DNA of 32,000 bases from Candidatus Electronema halotolerans (GTDB lineage: Bacteria > Desulfobacterota > Desulfobulbia > Desulfobulbales > Desulfobulbaceae), in NCBI GenBank assembly GCA_942493095.1, contig OW818675.1, positions 2,580,001-2,612,000 on the forward strand, read 5' to 3'. Each line of letters begins with the position of its first letter. The stretch's first letter is position 1. Shown here piece after piece: positions 17,493 to 26,455 of this stretch. The position numbers and the translations under genes were made by a program. A model generated the notes under the pieces. It was not told where the DNA came from. It was given only the letters and a program-made list of their open reading frames with translations, and did no database searches.

Positions 17493-18127
17493 GCTGCCAG
17501 ACCCAGTTCGGCAAAGGGCGGCAGATTCAACACTTCCATGAAGCTGTCCACATGCCAGCGGGCCTCCAAGGCAGGATTGCGGAAGGCGATCAAATCCATG
17601 CCAGCGGCGGCGCAGTGGTCGCGGTCAACTGTGGAATCACCAATAAAAATCGCTTCGTCTGTGCGCAGGCCAAAATGCTTGAGAATGACATGGAGGGCAT
17701 CAGGGGCAGGCTTGGGCTTGGGCGCATTGGCCGCAGTCATGACGATCTCAAAATGCTCGCGCAGGCCGAACAAATCCAAGATCAGCTCCATCGTGTTAGT
17801 CCGGTTGGTGGAAATGGCCCGATGACAGTGCGGCCTGATCTGCCGGAGAAAGTCTTTCAAATCCGGGGCCATGAGCATATATTTAAGATACGGCGTGTAG
17901 TCAAGGGCGCGGGCATAGCTGTTCACCGCCTCAATCTCGATCTGCTCATGCTTGCGGAAAATATGGCGGATGGAGTCCATCACATTGTGAATATGAACAT
18001 ACCCCAGCTCCTCCGCATCCATCAGCGGGCAGCCGAAATGCTCCAGCAGATGATTGTAATAGATACGGTTGGCCTCGCAGGAATCAAACATGACTCCGTC
18101 GCAGTCAAAGACAACAAGTTTCAACAT
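17489..18127 (-). CDS. HAD-superfamily hydrolase (phosphoglycolate phosphatase/beta-phosphoglucomutase-like)
   Basis: MLKLVVFDCDGVMFDSCEANR...ISTNR...KPKPAPDALHVILKHFGLRTDEAIFIGDSTVDRDHCAAAGM. Confidence 0.92.
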   Translation of the reverse strand: MLKLVVFDCDGVMFDSCEANRIYYNHLLEHFGCPLMDAEELGYVHIHNVMDSIRHIFRKHEQIEIEAVNSYARALDYTPYLKYMLMAPDLKDFLRQIRPHCHRAISTNRTNTMELILDLFGLREHFEIVMTAANAPKPKPAPDALHVILKHFGLRTDEAIFIGDSTVDRDHCAAAGMDLIAFRNPALEARWHVDSFMEVLNLPPFAELGLAA

Positions 18128-18837
18128 CTGTCCAGCTCCCCGTTCTCCTTGTCCGCCTCAGCTTGCAGCAGGCTGCCGTAAATCTCCAGATTCAGCTCGG
18201 CAAAGAAGATTTCCATGAAGTCATGCCGCCGCTTGGCGATTTTCCGGCCCATCTGGGTCAGCATTATGCTGCACACCTTGCACATTTTGCTCTGAAACTC
18301 CCGGTAGGCCGTGTCTTCCGCTGAGTAAGGCGCGGTCAGATCATGATTTGCATCAGGATTGTGCAGCTGCGCCCCAATCTGGCCGGCAAAAAGAAAGGCC
18401 CGGCCTATGCCGATTGCGCCGATGGAATCGAGCTTGTCCGCATCAAAAATAATTTTTGCTTCCAAGCTCTCCGGTCGATCACCACCACGGAAGCGGTGGG
18501 CACGGATGCAATGGCAGATGGCGGCCCGGTTTTCCTCGCTGTAGCCCAGCTCTTGAAGGATATTTTCCGCCATTTCCGCGCCCATAGCCGCATGACAGAT
18601 TTCCCCCTTGCTGCGGTGCTCCTTGCTCCGGCCTATGTCATGCAGCAGGGCTGCCGGAGCTAAAATATCCAGCCTGGCACCCATCTTGCGGCCTATGGCC
18701 ATTGCATTCTGAAAAACCCGTTCCGTGTGGTCCGGGCCGTGCGAGCCGCCTGCCTCAGTGCAGTGCTTCGCGCTGATCCGGCGCAGTTCAGCCAGCAGCT
18801 CCGATGAAATCTCCGCTCGATCTTGATCAGTCATCAT
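18121..18837 (-). CDS. HD-domain phosphohydrolase
   Basis: GSHGPDHTERVFQNAMAIG...APAALLHDIGRSKE...KIIFDADKLDSIGAIGIGRAF. Confidence 0.93.
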   Translation of the reverse strand: MMTDQDRAEISSELLAELRRISAKHCTEAGGSHGPDHTERVFQNAMAIGRKMGARLDILAPAALLHDIGRSKEHRSKGEICHAAMGAEMAENILQELGYSEENRAAICHCIRAHRFRGGDRPESLEAKIIFDADKLDSIGAIGIGRAFLFAGQIGAQLHNPDANHDLTAPYSAEDTAYREFQSKMCKVCSIMLTQMGRKIAKRRHDFMEIFFAELNLEIYGSLLQAEADKENGELDRC

Positions 18838-19571
18838 GCTTCTCCAAAATATTCCTGCCGCAGCCAGCGCAGGCCAAGAAGGAGCAGCTCCTCCTCGTCG
18901 CCAGCCAAGGCGCGGAGTTCCAAAGCGGAAAGCGGGCGGTTCATGGTGATCCTGCCGTCACTCATCTCTTGGCGGAAAAAATCAAGATTGTAAAGGGCCA
19001 TGATGTACTGATCCATCTGGGCTTGACTCGGCCTGAATCCGGTCTGAATCTTGGGATGCTGGAGCAGCTCCAAAAGCTGATCATCAAAACGGCTGTATTC
19101 GGTCATGCCTTGGTCATGAAAATATTCCGGCGCAGTCTGCTCCTGCGCTTCAGCAAAGCCGAGGCAGTGCGGTTCACGAAGCAAGACAAATTGCTCCTCC
19201 ACGCTGCCGTCGGCTTGGCGTGAGGCCCCGCGTCCGGCAGGATAGGCCCGGCAGGCTGCTGGCCGGTCTTCATAGACGCTGCATCCCTGCTCATTAACAA
19301 AGACGCAGCTGGCCCTGCCGTCGTCAATCATGGTCAGGAAGCAGGCTGGAAAAATCATGCCTTCCTCCCACGCCACCAGCACGTATTGTTCAAGAAAAGT
19401 GCCTGAATCCATGTCGAGCCGCCTTTTCAGGCACAGCACGTCGTAGGGAGTCAAGGCAAGATCGAGCTGGCGGCAGCATTCAGTGAAGCAGGCCACGCCG
19501 GGATGACAGGCAAAACAGAATTTTTCCGCCGCCGCAAGAGGCTGACAGTGGTCGGGAAGGGAATGAGGCAT
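18834..19571 (-). CDS. YkgJ-family cysteine cluster protein
   Basis: CFACHPGVACFTECCRQLDLALTPYDVLCLKRRL...GCSVYEDRPAACRAYP. ATG 19571 gives the domain-complete product; track extension upstream runs into a different remnant. Confidence 0.88.
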   Translation of the reverse strand: MPHSLPDHCQPLAAAEKFCFACHPGVACFTECCRQLDLALTPYDVLCLKRRLDMDSGTFLEQYVLVAWEEGMIFPACFLTMIDDGRASCVFVNEQGCSVYEDRPAACRAYPAGRGASRQADGSVEEQFVLLREPHCLGFAEAQEQTAPEYFHDQGMTEYSRFDDQLLELLQHPKIQTGFRPSQAQMDQYIMALYNLDFFRQEMSDGRITMNRPLSALELRALAGDEEELLLLGLRWLRQEYFGEA

Positions 19572-19596
19572 AGTGATATTTGCAGTTGCAATGGAA

Positions 19597-19728
19597 ATGG
19601 GGGTTGATTTTAATGCAAGATTTGCTGACAAAGGGACAGCCGCCGATATTCCACAATGCCCTTGCATTTAAGGACAAGTCATCAGGAGCATAACCGAAAA
19701 TCTCAACAAGGTCTTTCTTTCTGCTCAA
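19597..19728 (-). pseudogene. Apparent N-terminal remnant of a NotI-like type II restriction endonuclease, coupled to the methyltransferase
   Basis: TTG start at 19728 overlaps the Dcm stop (TTGA), GGAG 5 nt upstream; reads MSRKKDLVEIFGYAPDDLSLNARALWNIGGCPFVSKSCIKINPH, then similarity-like pattern ends just before YkgJ start. Confidence 0.5.
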
Positions 19729-20900
19729 AATTGCTCCAGCATTTCAAGAATGGTTTTTCCGATTGCGCAGGCCAGCAGCGGCGGCACAGCATTGCCGACC
19801 TGCTCATATTGCTGCGTCACTGAGCCGGTGAAACGGTGTCGGTCGGGAAAAGATTGAATCCTTGCCGCTTCCCGGACAGAAATAACTCTGTCCTGTGTCG
19901 GATGAAAAAAACTGCCCCAGTGCGGGTCGCATTTGGTCAGAATTGTTGAACACAGCCCGTCCGGCGCAAGCCTGCCGTAACGTCTGGTATGATCGCTCCG
20001 TCTGGCCCGCTTCAAGCCTGCGGGCAGCAGGTCAAAGGGAATGTCCCGCCAGCTGCCTCCCTGCGGAATATGCTTCAGCCGTTCCAGATTGATCCGGCCC
20101 AAGGCATTGCAGCTATGATTATAGACATATTCACTGCCGTTTCTCAATGTTTTTTGATAGGTTCCTGCGGGCGGTCCTGCATAGGGCATTTTTTGATCGT
20201 GCCTTGCCCCGGAATCAATCTCCGGCAGGTCGGAAATCGCATCCCAGACTGTGGTCTGCAATTTCAGCCGCTGCTGAAAAAGCGGCAAAATATCCAAACA
20301 CAGTTTCTTGGCTCCGGTAAAATTTGCCGCCGCCTCTGCTTGATAAGCTGGCGGCGGAAATTTGACCGCAACCGTTTTTGAACGGACAGCAAGAAAAATA
20401 GTTCGGAAACGCAGCTGAGGCACACCGTAATGACCAGCAAATAAAATTCTGTGCTCCGCCCGGTAGCCAAGCTGGACAAGCTCACGGTGAATCTGCTCAA
20501 CCACTGTTCCCCTGCCGAGCGAAACAATGCCCGGCACATTCTCCAGCAAAATGGCCTTGGGCAGCAGCTCTGCGGCAATGCGCATAAATTCCCGAAACAG
20601 ATGATTGCGCTCGTCATCCAAAGAACGAATCGGCGCATTGATTGAAAAACCCTGACAGGGCGGACCGCCCGCCAGCAGGTCCAGCTCGCCTTGTCGCAGC
20701 CCAAGCAGTGCCCGCAGGCTGGAGGCGCAGAGCTGACGAATGTCGCCGCGCAGCAGCTCCGTTTCCGGGTTATTGAGCTGATAGCTTGCCGCAAAGACTG
20801 GTTGCAGCTCGTTTGCCAGCAGCGGACGAAATCCTGCCATCTCCAAGCCGCAGGAGAGACCACCTGCTCCGGCAAAAAGATCAATCAGCGTTTTGGCCAT
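19725..20900 (-). CDS. DNA (cytosine-5-)-methyltransferase
   Basis: MAKTLIDLFAGAGGLSCGLEMAGF (I), GGPPCQGFS (IV), LLENVPG (VI), QVGNAVPPLLA (X). Confidence 0.96.
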   Translation of the reverse strand: MAKTLIDLFAGAGGLSCGLEMAGFRPLLANELQPVFAASYQLNNPETELLRGDIRQLCASSLRALLGLRQGELDLLAGGPPCQGFSINAPIRSLDDERNHLFREFMRIAAELLPKAILLENVPGIVSLGRGTVVEQIHRELVQLGYRAEHRILFAGHYGVPQLRFRTIFLAVRSKTVAVKFPPPAYQAEAAANFTGAKKLCLDILPLFQQRLKLQTTVWDAISDLPEIDSGARHDQKMPYAGPPAGTYQKTLRNGSEYVYNHSCNALGRINLERLKHIPQGGSWRDIPFDLLPAGLKRARRSDHTRRYGRLAPDGLCSTILTKCDPHWGSFFHPTQDRVISVREAARIQSFPDRHRFTGSVTQQYEQVGNAVPPLLACAIGKTILEMLEQF

Positions 20901-20996
20901 CTGTTCCTTTTGCGCATCGTGGATTCAAGCTGGCTGGACACATTGCCGCAGGTTGATCAACAGTTGAATAATTCTGTCTTGTCATAATGTTACAGT

Positions 20997-21026
20997 AAAA
21001 AACCGGCCCGTTTGGGGTCGGTTTTT
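20997..21026 (-). terminator. Strong hairpin with A/T tracts on both sides (bidirectional-type terminator) after Gfo/Idh gene
   Basis: AAAAACCGGCCC-GTTTG-GGGTCGGTTTTT, 12-bp stem with one G-U. Confidence 0.85.
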
Positions 21027-21070
21027 CATGTTTCAAGCAAGTGCGGCAATTCTTGAATTTCTGACACGAT

Positions 21071-22072
21071 TCAACCCGGTGCCGCAGAACCAAAAGTTCC
21101 TTCCGCATTGAGCAGATGCGAGAATCTGCTCTGATTCTCCTTGATCTGCTCCAGCACGGACAGGGCAAGTTCCAGAGCGCGGCGGCCTTCCTGACCAGAC
21201 ACTGCCGGTTGTTTTCGCTCACGGACGTTGCTGATGAAATCAAGCAGTTCCAATTCCAAGACATCCTGCTCCGGGAAGCTGTGCCGGGAAATGTCCGGCA
21301 TGGGCATCGCGCCGTCCTCCTGCTTGAGCCGCACCGCCATCACTTCTTTTTTGCTGAAATCGACTGCCAAGTATTTTCCTGGCTGAAAAATCCGCAGCCT
21401 GCGCACATTTTCCAAAGAAATTCTGCTCACCGTGATGTTGGCGGTGCAGCCGTTCTCAAAGACAATGCGGGCATTGGCAATGTCGGTGAGCGGGGTGATG
21501 ACTGGCGCGCCGACAGTATGAATCTGCTGAATCGGCGCATTGACCATTGAGAGAATGATGTCAATATCATGAATCATCAGATCAAGGATCACATCCACAT
21601 CCGTGCCCCGGTTTTTAAAGACCGAGAGCCGGTGCGCCTCAATAAAAAGCGGATTGCAGAGCAACGGGCGCACGGCCAGCACTGCCGGATTAAAGCGCTC
21701 CAAATGGCCAACTTGAAAAATGCGCTGCTTTTCCGCTGCCAGCCGGATCAGCTCGTCCGCCTCTACCAAGGTCACGGTCATCGGCTTTTCCAAGAGAATG
21801 TCAAGACCATGCTCAAGACAGGTCAGAGCGGTGCGGTGATGATGGACTGTCGGCACCACCACAGAGACCGCGTCCGCCTTGGGCAGCAGGTCCCGGTAAT
21901 CGGTGAATGGAACCGTGCCGCATTCCTTGGCGACCAGCTCGGCCCGTGCCGTATCGATATCTGCCACGCCGACCAAGTCAACGTCGCGCATGGCCGCATA
22001 TTTTTGGGCATGAAAGCGGCCCAGATAGCCGACCCCGATCACCCCAACCCGTATTTTTTCCGTCTCACTCAT
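21071..22072 (-). CDS. Gfo/Idh/MocA-family oxidoreductase (possibly UDP-GlcNAc 3-dehydrogenase GnnA-like)
   Basis: IRVGVIGVGYLGRFHAQKYAAMRDVDLVGVADID...ILLEKPMT...FQVGHLERFNPA...DLMIHDIDIILSM. GnnA assignment is inference. Confidence 0.88.
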   Translation of the reverse strand: MSETEKIRVGVIGVGYLGRFHAQKYAAMRDVDLVGVADIDTARAELVAKECGTVPFTDYRDLLPKADAVSVVVPTVHHHRTALTCLEHGLDILLEKPMTVTLVEADELIRLAAEKQRIFQVGHLERFNPAVLAVRPLLCNPLFIEAHRLSVFKNRGTDVDVILDLMIHDIDIILSMVNAPIQQIHTVGAPVITPLTDIANARIVFENGCTANITVSRISLENVRRLRIFQPGKYLAVDFSKKEVMAVRLKQEDGAMPMPDISRHSFPEQDVLELELLDFISNVRERKQPAVSGQEGRRALELALSVLEQIKENQSRFSHLLNAEGTFGSAAPG

Positions 22073-22087
22073 TGTGCGCCGCCCTAT

Positions 22088-22795
<708 letters not shown>

Positions 22796-22818
22796 TGGCC
22801 CTTGGGCTTCTGAGTTGG

Positions 22819-24672
22819 TCAGTAAAGAAAGGCTGTTTTTCTCAGGGCTTCCCGCACTGGCAGGATGTATGGATGATGCTTGCGGAGAAAAAGCGGCAGG
22901 GCATTCAACGCGCGCTGGGCCTCGGCCTCGCTGTCATACAGCCCGTAAAACATGAACAAGGCTGTGGGCAGGGTCTGCTTGCGGAGGATCCGCAGCTCCG
23001 CCTTATGATCCAAGTATTCATCCCGGACGATCATCTCCTTGATCTTGGCTGCCGCGTCTGGCGAGGAGAGCATCAGCAGCTGGAGGGTGTATTTGTGGGC
23101 ATTGATGCTGGTCCGCAGACGCGAGCCAGCCACGTGCAGCTCCTGATAGAGCATGTTGGCATCAGGAGGCGGGGCCGTGATTGTGACTGAGGCGGGAATA
23201 TCAATGACCGGCGCCTGCTGCCGTGCCTGCTGCTGCACCTGCGGTTCTGGCGCAGCCTCTTCTTTTTGCTCCTCGTGGGGAACGGGAACACGCTGTTCTG
23301 GCGGGGCGACTTTGATTTTTTTCCGGTCAGGGAAGAGCTGAACAATTTTTTTCTGCGCAATCGGAGTCAGCTCCTGAACTGGCGGCGGACTGTCTTGATG
23401 GTCGTCTTCCTCATCAACCTCAGCCACCGGGCTGTCCAACGGCTCTTCCGGCAGTGAGACAGCAGGTTCAGGCTCCTGCTCAATTGCCGGGACTGCCGCC
23501 TCTTCTGTGGTCTCCACGGTGACAGAGGGCACGGTTTCCTCAGCGGCAAGGTCTTCCGGCACCTCCGCAGCTTCCTGCTCTTCTTCTGTTGTCAACGGCT
23601 CGAATGCAGGCGGTGCCGCAGCCTCATCTTCCACAGTTTTTTCCGGTTCTGGCGGCAGCTCCGGTTCTGTGTTGAGCTGCAATTCCTTGGGCAGCGGCAG
23701 CAGCTTTTTCGGTTCCGGCGTGCCAGCTGTGAACAAATGCCGCACCTGCTCGACGCTGTTCTGCCATAACGCCGTGTTGTAATGGAACAGCAGGGCAATC
23801 AGCAGAAATAGCGCGGCAAGGGCGGAAAACTTGATCAGTCTGCCGGAGCTGCGCCCTGTCTTTTTCTGGGCGGCAACAGCTTGTTTATGCAGCAAGGGAA
23901 TATCCGCCTTCTGCACTGGCAGCGGACGTTTCTCCTGCCAGAGCCGCTCCAGAGCCTGCATGGCCAACGAGTTGGCCTGCCGCAGATTGCCCTGCGTCTG
24001 GCTGAAAATTTTGCTGACCGCCTCCCGGCTGAAGGCCCGGTCCGCTGCCGGAGCAGCCAGTCCGGCAGCCTTGAGCCGGAAGCTCAGATAGGCTCCGGTT
24101 TCCGCCTCAGTCAGCGGCGCTGCCGCATGACCGGCTGGAACCGTGATGTCCGGGCAATAGATTGTCAGCTGGCTGATTCGGTCATTGAGCGCAGGCTGTC
24201 CGGCGAGGATGACTTGAAAAAAGGACGGACTGCCCTTGCTGGCAAAAGCTGCCCGAGCCAGCCGTTCCAGCGCGGCAGGAAACATGTTTTCCGCTTGGTC
24301 AACAAGCAGGAGCAGCTGCCTGCCCTGTCCCTGCTGCTGCTCTGCCAGCGCAGGCAGGCCGGTCATGGGGTCCTGCTCCGGCGGAATGCCGAGCTGCTGG
24401 AAAATGCTCCGGCACAGCTCATCAAAAGAACCGCCTGGTTCAGGCACAAGGACGGCTTGAAATTCATCCGGCAGCAGGTGAACCAGCATCTGGCAGAGCA
24501 TGGTTTTGCCTGCTCCTTCCGGGCCAGTGAGACGGATGATGGGAATGCCTTTCTGAAGATCAGCGTAGAGCCGCCGGAGCAGGACAGACCGCTCCGCTTC
24601 AGAAAAAAACAAATCCGGGTCTGGCTGATCGGCAAAAGGCTCTTTGGCGAGACCAAAGTATTCAGGCTGCAT
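22819..24672 (-). CDS. ExeA/GspA-like AAA+ ATPase with TM segment, Pro/Glu-rich linker and C-terminal SPOR-like domain
   Basis: MQPEYFGLAKEPFADQPDPDLFF...RLTGPEGAGKTMLCQMLVHLL...LLLLVDQAENM; TM LIKFSALAALFLLIALLF; C-terminus HKYTLQLLMLSSPDAAAKIKEMI...ALFMFYGLYDSEAEAQRALNALP. Confidence 0.85.
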   Translation of the reverse strand: MQPEYFGLAKEPFADQPDPDLFFSEAERSVLLRRLYADLQKGIPIIRLTGPEGAGKTMLCQMLVHLLPDEFQAVLVPEPGGSFDELCRSIFQQLGIPPEQDPMTGLPALAEQQQGQGRQLLLLVDQAENMFPAALERLARAAFASKGSPSFFQVILAGQPALNDRISQLTIYCPDITVPAGHAAAPLTEAETGAYLSFRLKAAGLAAPAADRAFSREAVSKIFSQTQGNLRQANSLAMQALERLWQEKRPLPVQKADIPLLHKQAVAAQKKTGRSSGRLIKFSALAALFLLIALLFHYNTALWQNSVEQVRHLFTAGTPEPKKLLPLPKELQLNTEPELPPEPEKTVEDEAAAPPAFEPLTTEEEQEAAEVPEDLAAEETVPSVTVETTEEAAVPAIEQEPEPAVSLPEEPLDSPVAEVDEEDDHQDSPPPVQELTPIAQKKIVQLFPDRKKIKVAPPEQRVPVPHEEQKEEAAPEPQVQQQARQQAPVIDIPASVTITAPPPDANMLYQELHVAGSRLRTSINAHKYTLQLLMLSSPDAAAKIKEMIVRDEYLDHKAELRILRKQTLPTALFMFYGLYDSEAEAQRALNALPLFLRKHHPYILPVREALRKTAFLY

Positions 24673-24910
24673 CAGTTGAATATTCCTGATGAATTTCGGC
24701 GGAAAAATATGAATTGTGAACAGGAGGGGCAAAGCCGGGCAAGCAGGTTCTGCGCATAAACTGTTTGGAATATATTATTCGTCAGGAGGCCCGTTCTGTA
24801 AACATCTTTCTTTCCGCCGCTGTTTTTTTGTTGCCTTCTCCGCCATTTCGTATAATGTCACAGCACACTGCAATATTCCGTCATTCTTTTTTTATTCCAA
24901 GAGGTGCGCC

Positions 24911-26332
24911 ATGCTGCCCATGTTTCCTGTTCTGCTCTGTCTGCTGCTGTTCCTGCCTGCCGCCGGAATCTGCGGCCCAAACGAAGTTGTCTCCGGCCTT
25001 GATGAGCAAAATTCTGTGGCTGTGACCATTTACAACCAAGACCTTGCCTTGGTCCGGGACAGCCGCAGCCTTGATCTGCCAGCCGGGCGGCAGACGCTGG
25101 CCTTCCGCGAGGTCAGTGCCAGAATCCGCCCGGAGACCGCTCTGCTGGCCGCGCCCGGCCTCAATGTGCTGGAGCAAAATTTTGAATACGACCTGCTCAC
25201 CCCTGAATCGCTCTTGGACAAATACGTGGGCAAAACCGTCAAGCTGATCAAGACTCATCCGACTTCTGGCGAGGAAACGGCTGAGGAGGCGACCGTCCTC
25301 AGCGCGGGCAGCGGCACCGTGCTCCGGGTCGGCGACCGGATTGAAGCCGGTGTGCCAGGCCGTCTTGTCTTTCCTGACGTGCCAGAGAATCTGCGCGACC
25401 GCCCCACACTGACCATGCTGGTGGACAGCAAGGACGGCGGCAAGCAGGATGCGGTTCTCAGCTACCTGACCGGCGGCCTGTCGTGGAAGGCGGATTATGT
25501 GGCCGAGCTGGGCGCAGACGATGCCAGCATCAATCTGAGCGGCTGGGTGACGCTGACCAATGAGAGCGGCGCGACCTATCAGAACGCCAAGCTCCAGCTT
25601 GTGGCCGGCGAGGTGAACCGGGTCCGGGAGCGCATTCAGCCAGCGATGATGGCTATGCGCTCTGTTAATGCTGAGGCAGCGATGGATGGCGGCATGGCCG
25701 AAGAGTCCATGTTTGAGTATCATCTTTACACCTTGGGCCGTCCAACCACGATCAAGGAGAAGCAGAGCAAGCAGGTTTCGCTGCTTCATGCGGACAGCGT
25801 CAAGGTGAACAAGGAGTTTGTCCTAGAGGGGCAGAATTACTACTACGGCAGCGCGGCTGGCAATCTTGGCCAGAAGCTCAAGGTCGGGGTCTTTATAGAG
25901 CTGAAGAACAGCAAGGATGCTGGAGCGGGTCAGCCGCTGCCTGCGGGTATCATGCGGGTTTACAAAAAAGACAGCTCCGGCAGCCTCCAGTTTGTCGGCG
26001 AAGACCGAATCGACCACACCCCGGAGAACGAGATCATCCGCCTCAAGCTGGGCGAAGCCTTTGATGTGACAGCCAATAAGAAACAGATCGATTTCAAGAA
26101 AGCCTCGTGGACTAACGGCACGGCTTATGAGAGTGCTTATGAAATCGAGCTGAAAAATGCCAAGGAAGAGGCCGTGACCGTGAAAGTGGTTGAGCCAGTG
26201 CCCGGCGACTGGCAGATACTGGAGGAATCCATGACGCATACGAAGGAAAGCGCGCACACGGCAGTCTGGCGGGTGGAGATTGCGCCAAAGGCCAGCAGCA
26301 CTTTGACATGGCGGGTGCGGGTGAAGTATTAA
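24911..26332 (+). CDS. DUF4139-domain protein, exported
   Basis: Signal peptide MLPMFPVLLCLLLFLPAAGICG; VAVTIYNQDLALVRDSRSLDL...YLTGGLSWKADYVAEL...LSGWVTLTNESGATYQNAKLQLVAGEV. GAGGTG SD. Confidence 0.9.
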   Translation: MLPMFPVLLCLLLFLPAAGICGPNEVVSGLDEQNSVAVTIYNQDLALVRDSRSLDLPAGRQTLAFREVSARIRPETALLAAPGLNVLEQNFEYDLLTPESLLDKYVGKTVKLIKTHPTSGEETAEEATVLSAGSGTVLRVGDRIEAGVPGRLVFPDVPENLRDRPTLTMLVDSKDGGKQDAVLSYLTGGLSWKADYVAELGADDASINLSGWVTLTNESGATYQNAKLQLVAGEVNRVRERIQPAMMAMRSVNAEAAMDGGMAEESMFEYHLYTLGRPTTIKEKQSKQVSLLHADSVKVNKEFVLEGQNYYYGSAAGNLGQKLKVGVFIELKNSKDAGAGQPLPAGIMRVYKKDSSGSLQFVGEDRIDHTPENEIIRLKLGEAFDVTANKKQIDFKKASWTNGTAYESAYEIELKNAKEEAVTVKVVEPVPGDWQILEESMTHTKESAHTAVWRVEIAPKASSTLTWRVRVKY

Positions 26333-26367
26333 GTCGCCGTAACCGCCCAAGGCGCAAAGCCGAAGGC

Positions 26368-26400
26368 TGACGGTTCCGGCTTCAGCAGACAGAACCGTCA
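26368..26400. repeat. 9-bp inverted repeat in convergent intergenic region
   Basis: TGACGGTTC ... 15 nt ... GAACCGTCA. Confidence 0.6.
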
Positions 26401-26414
26401 ACTTGAACGTTGTT

Positions 26415-26451
26415 GGAGGGCAGGCGGCGCGCCTGTCCTCCGCCTTTCTTT
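26415..26451 (+). terminator. Terminator-like hairpin after DUF4139 gene
   Basis: GGAGGGCAGGCG-GCG-CGCCTGTCCTCC, 12-bp stem with one G-U, followed by GCCTTTCTTT. Confidence 0.65.
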
Positions 26452-26455
26452 GCGG

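Noticed and set aside
17426-18181. 251-aa + ORF opposite HAD gene
   Set aside because: Shadow ORF; HAD motifs are on the minus strand.
19500-19571. CFACH in the YkgJ-family protein as a c-type heme motif
   Set aside because: The protein has no signal peptide and matches the cysteine-cluster family, in which these Cys bind metal/Fe-S rather than covalent heme.
23881-24759. 292-aa + ORF opposite the ExeA-like gene
   Set aside because: Antisense to a convincing AAA+ frame with Walker A; low-complexity shadow sequence.
24881-25789. 302-aa - ORF opposite the DUF4139 gene
   Set aside because: Shadow ORF; + strand has signal peptide, SD and family motifs.
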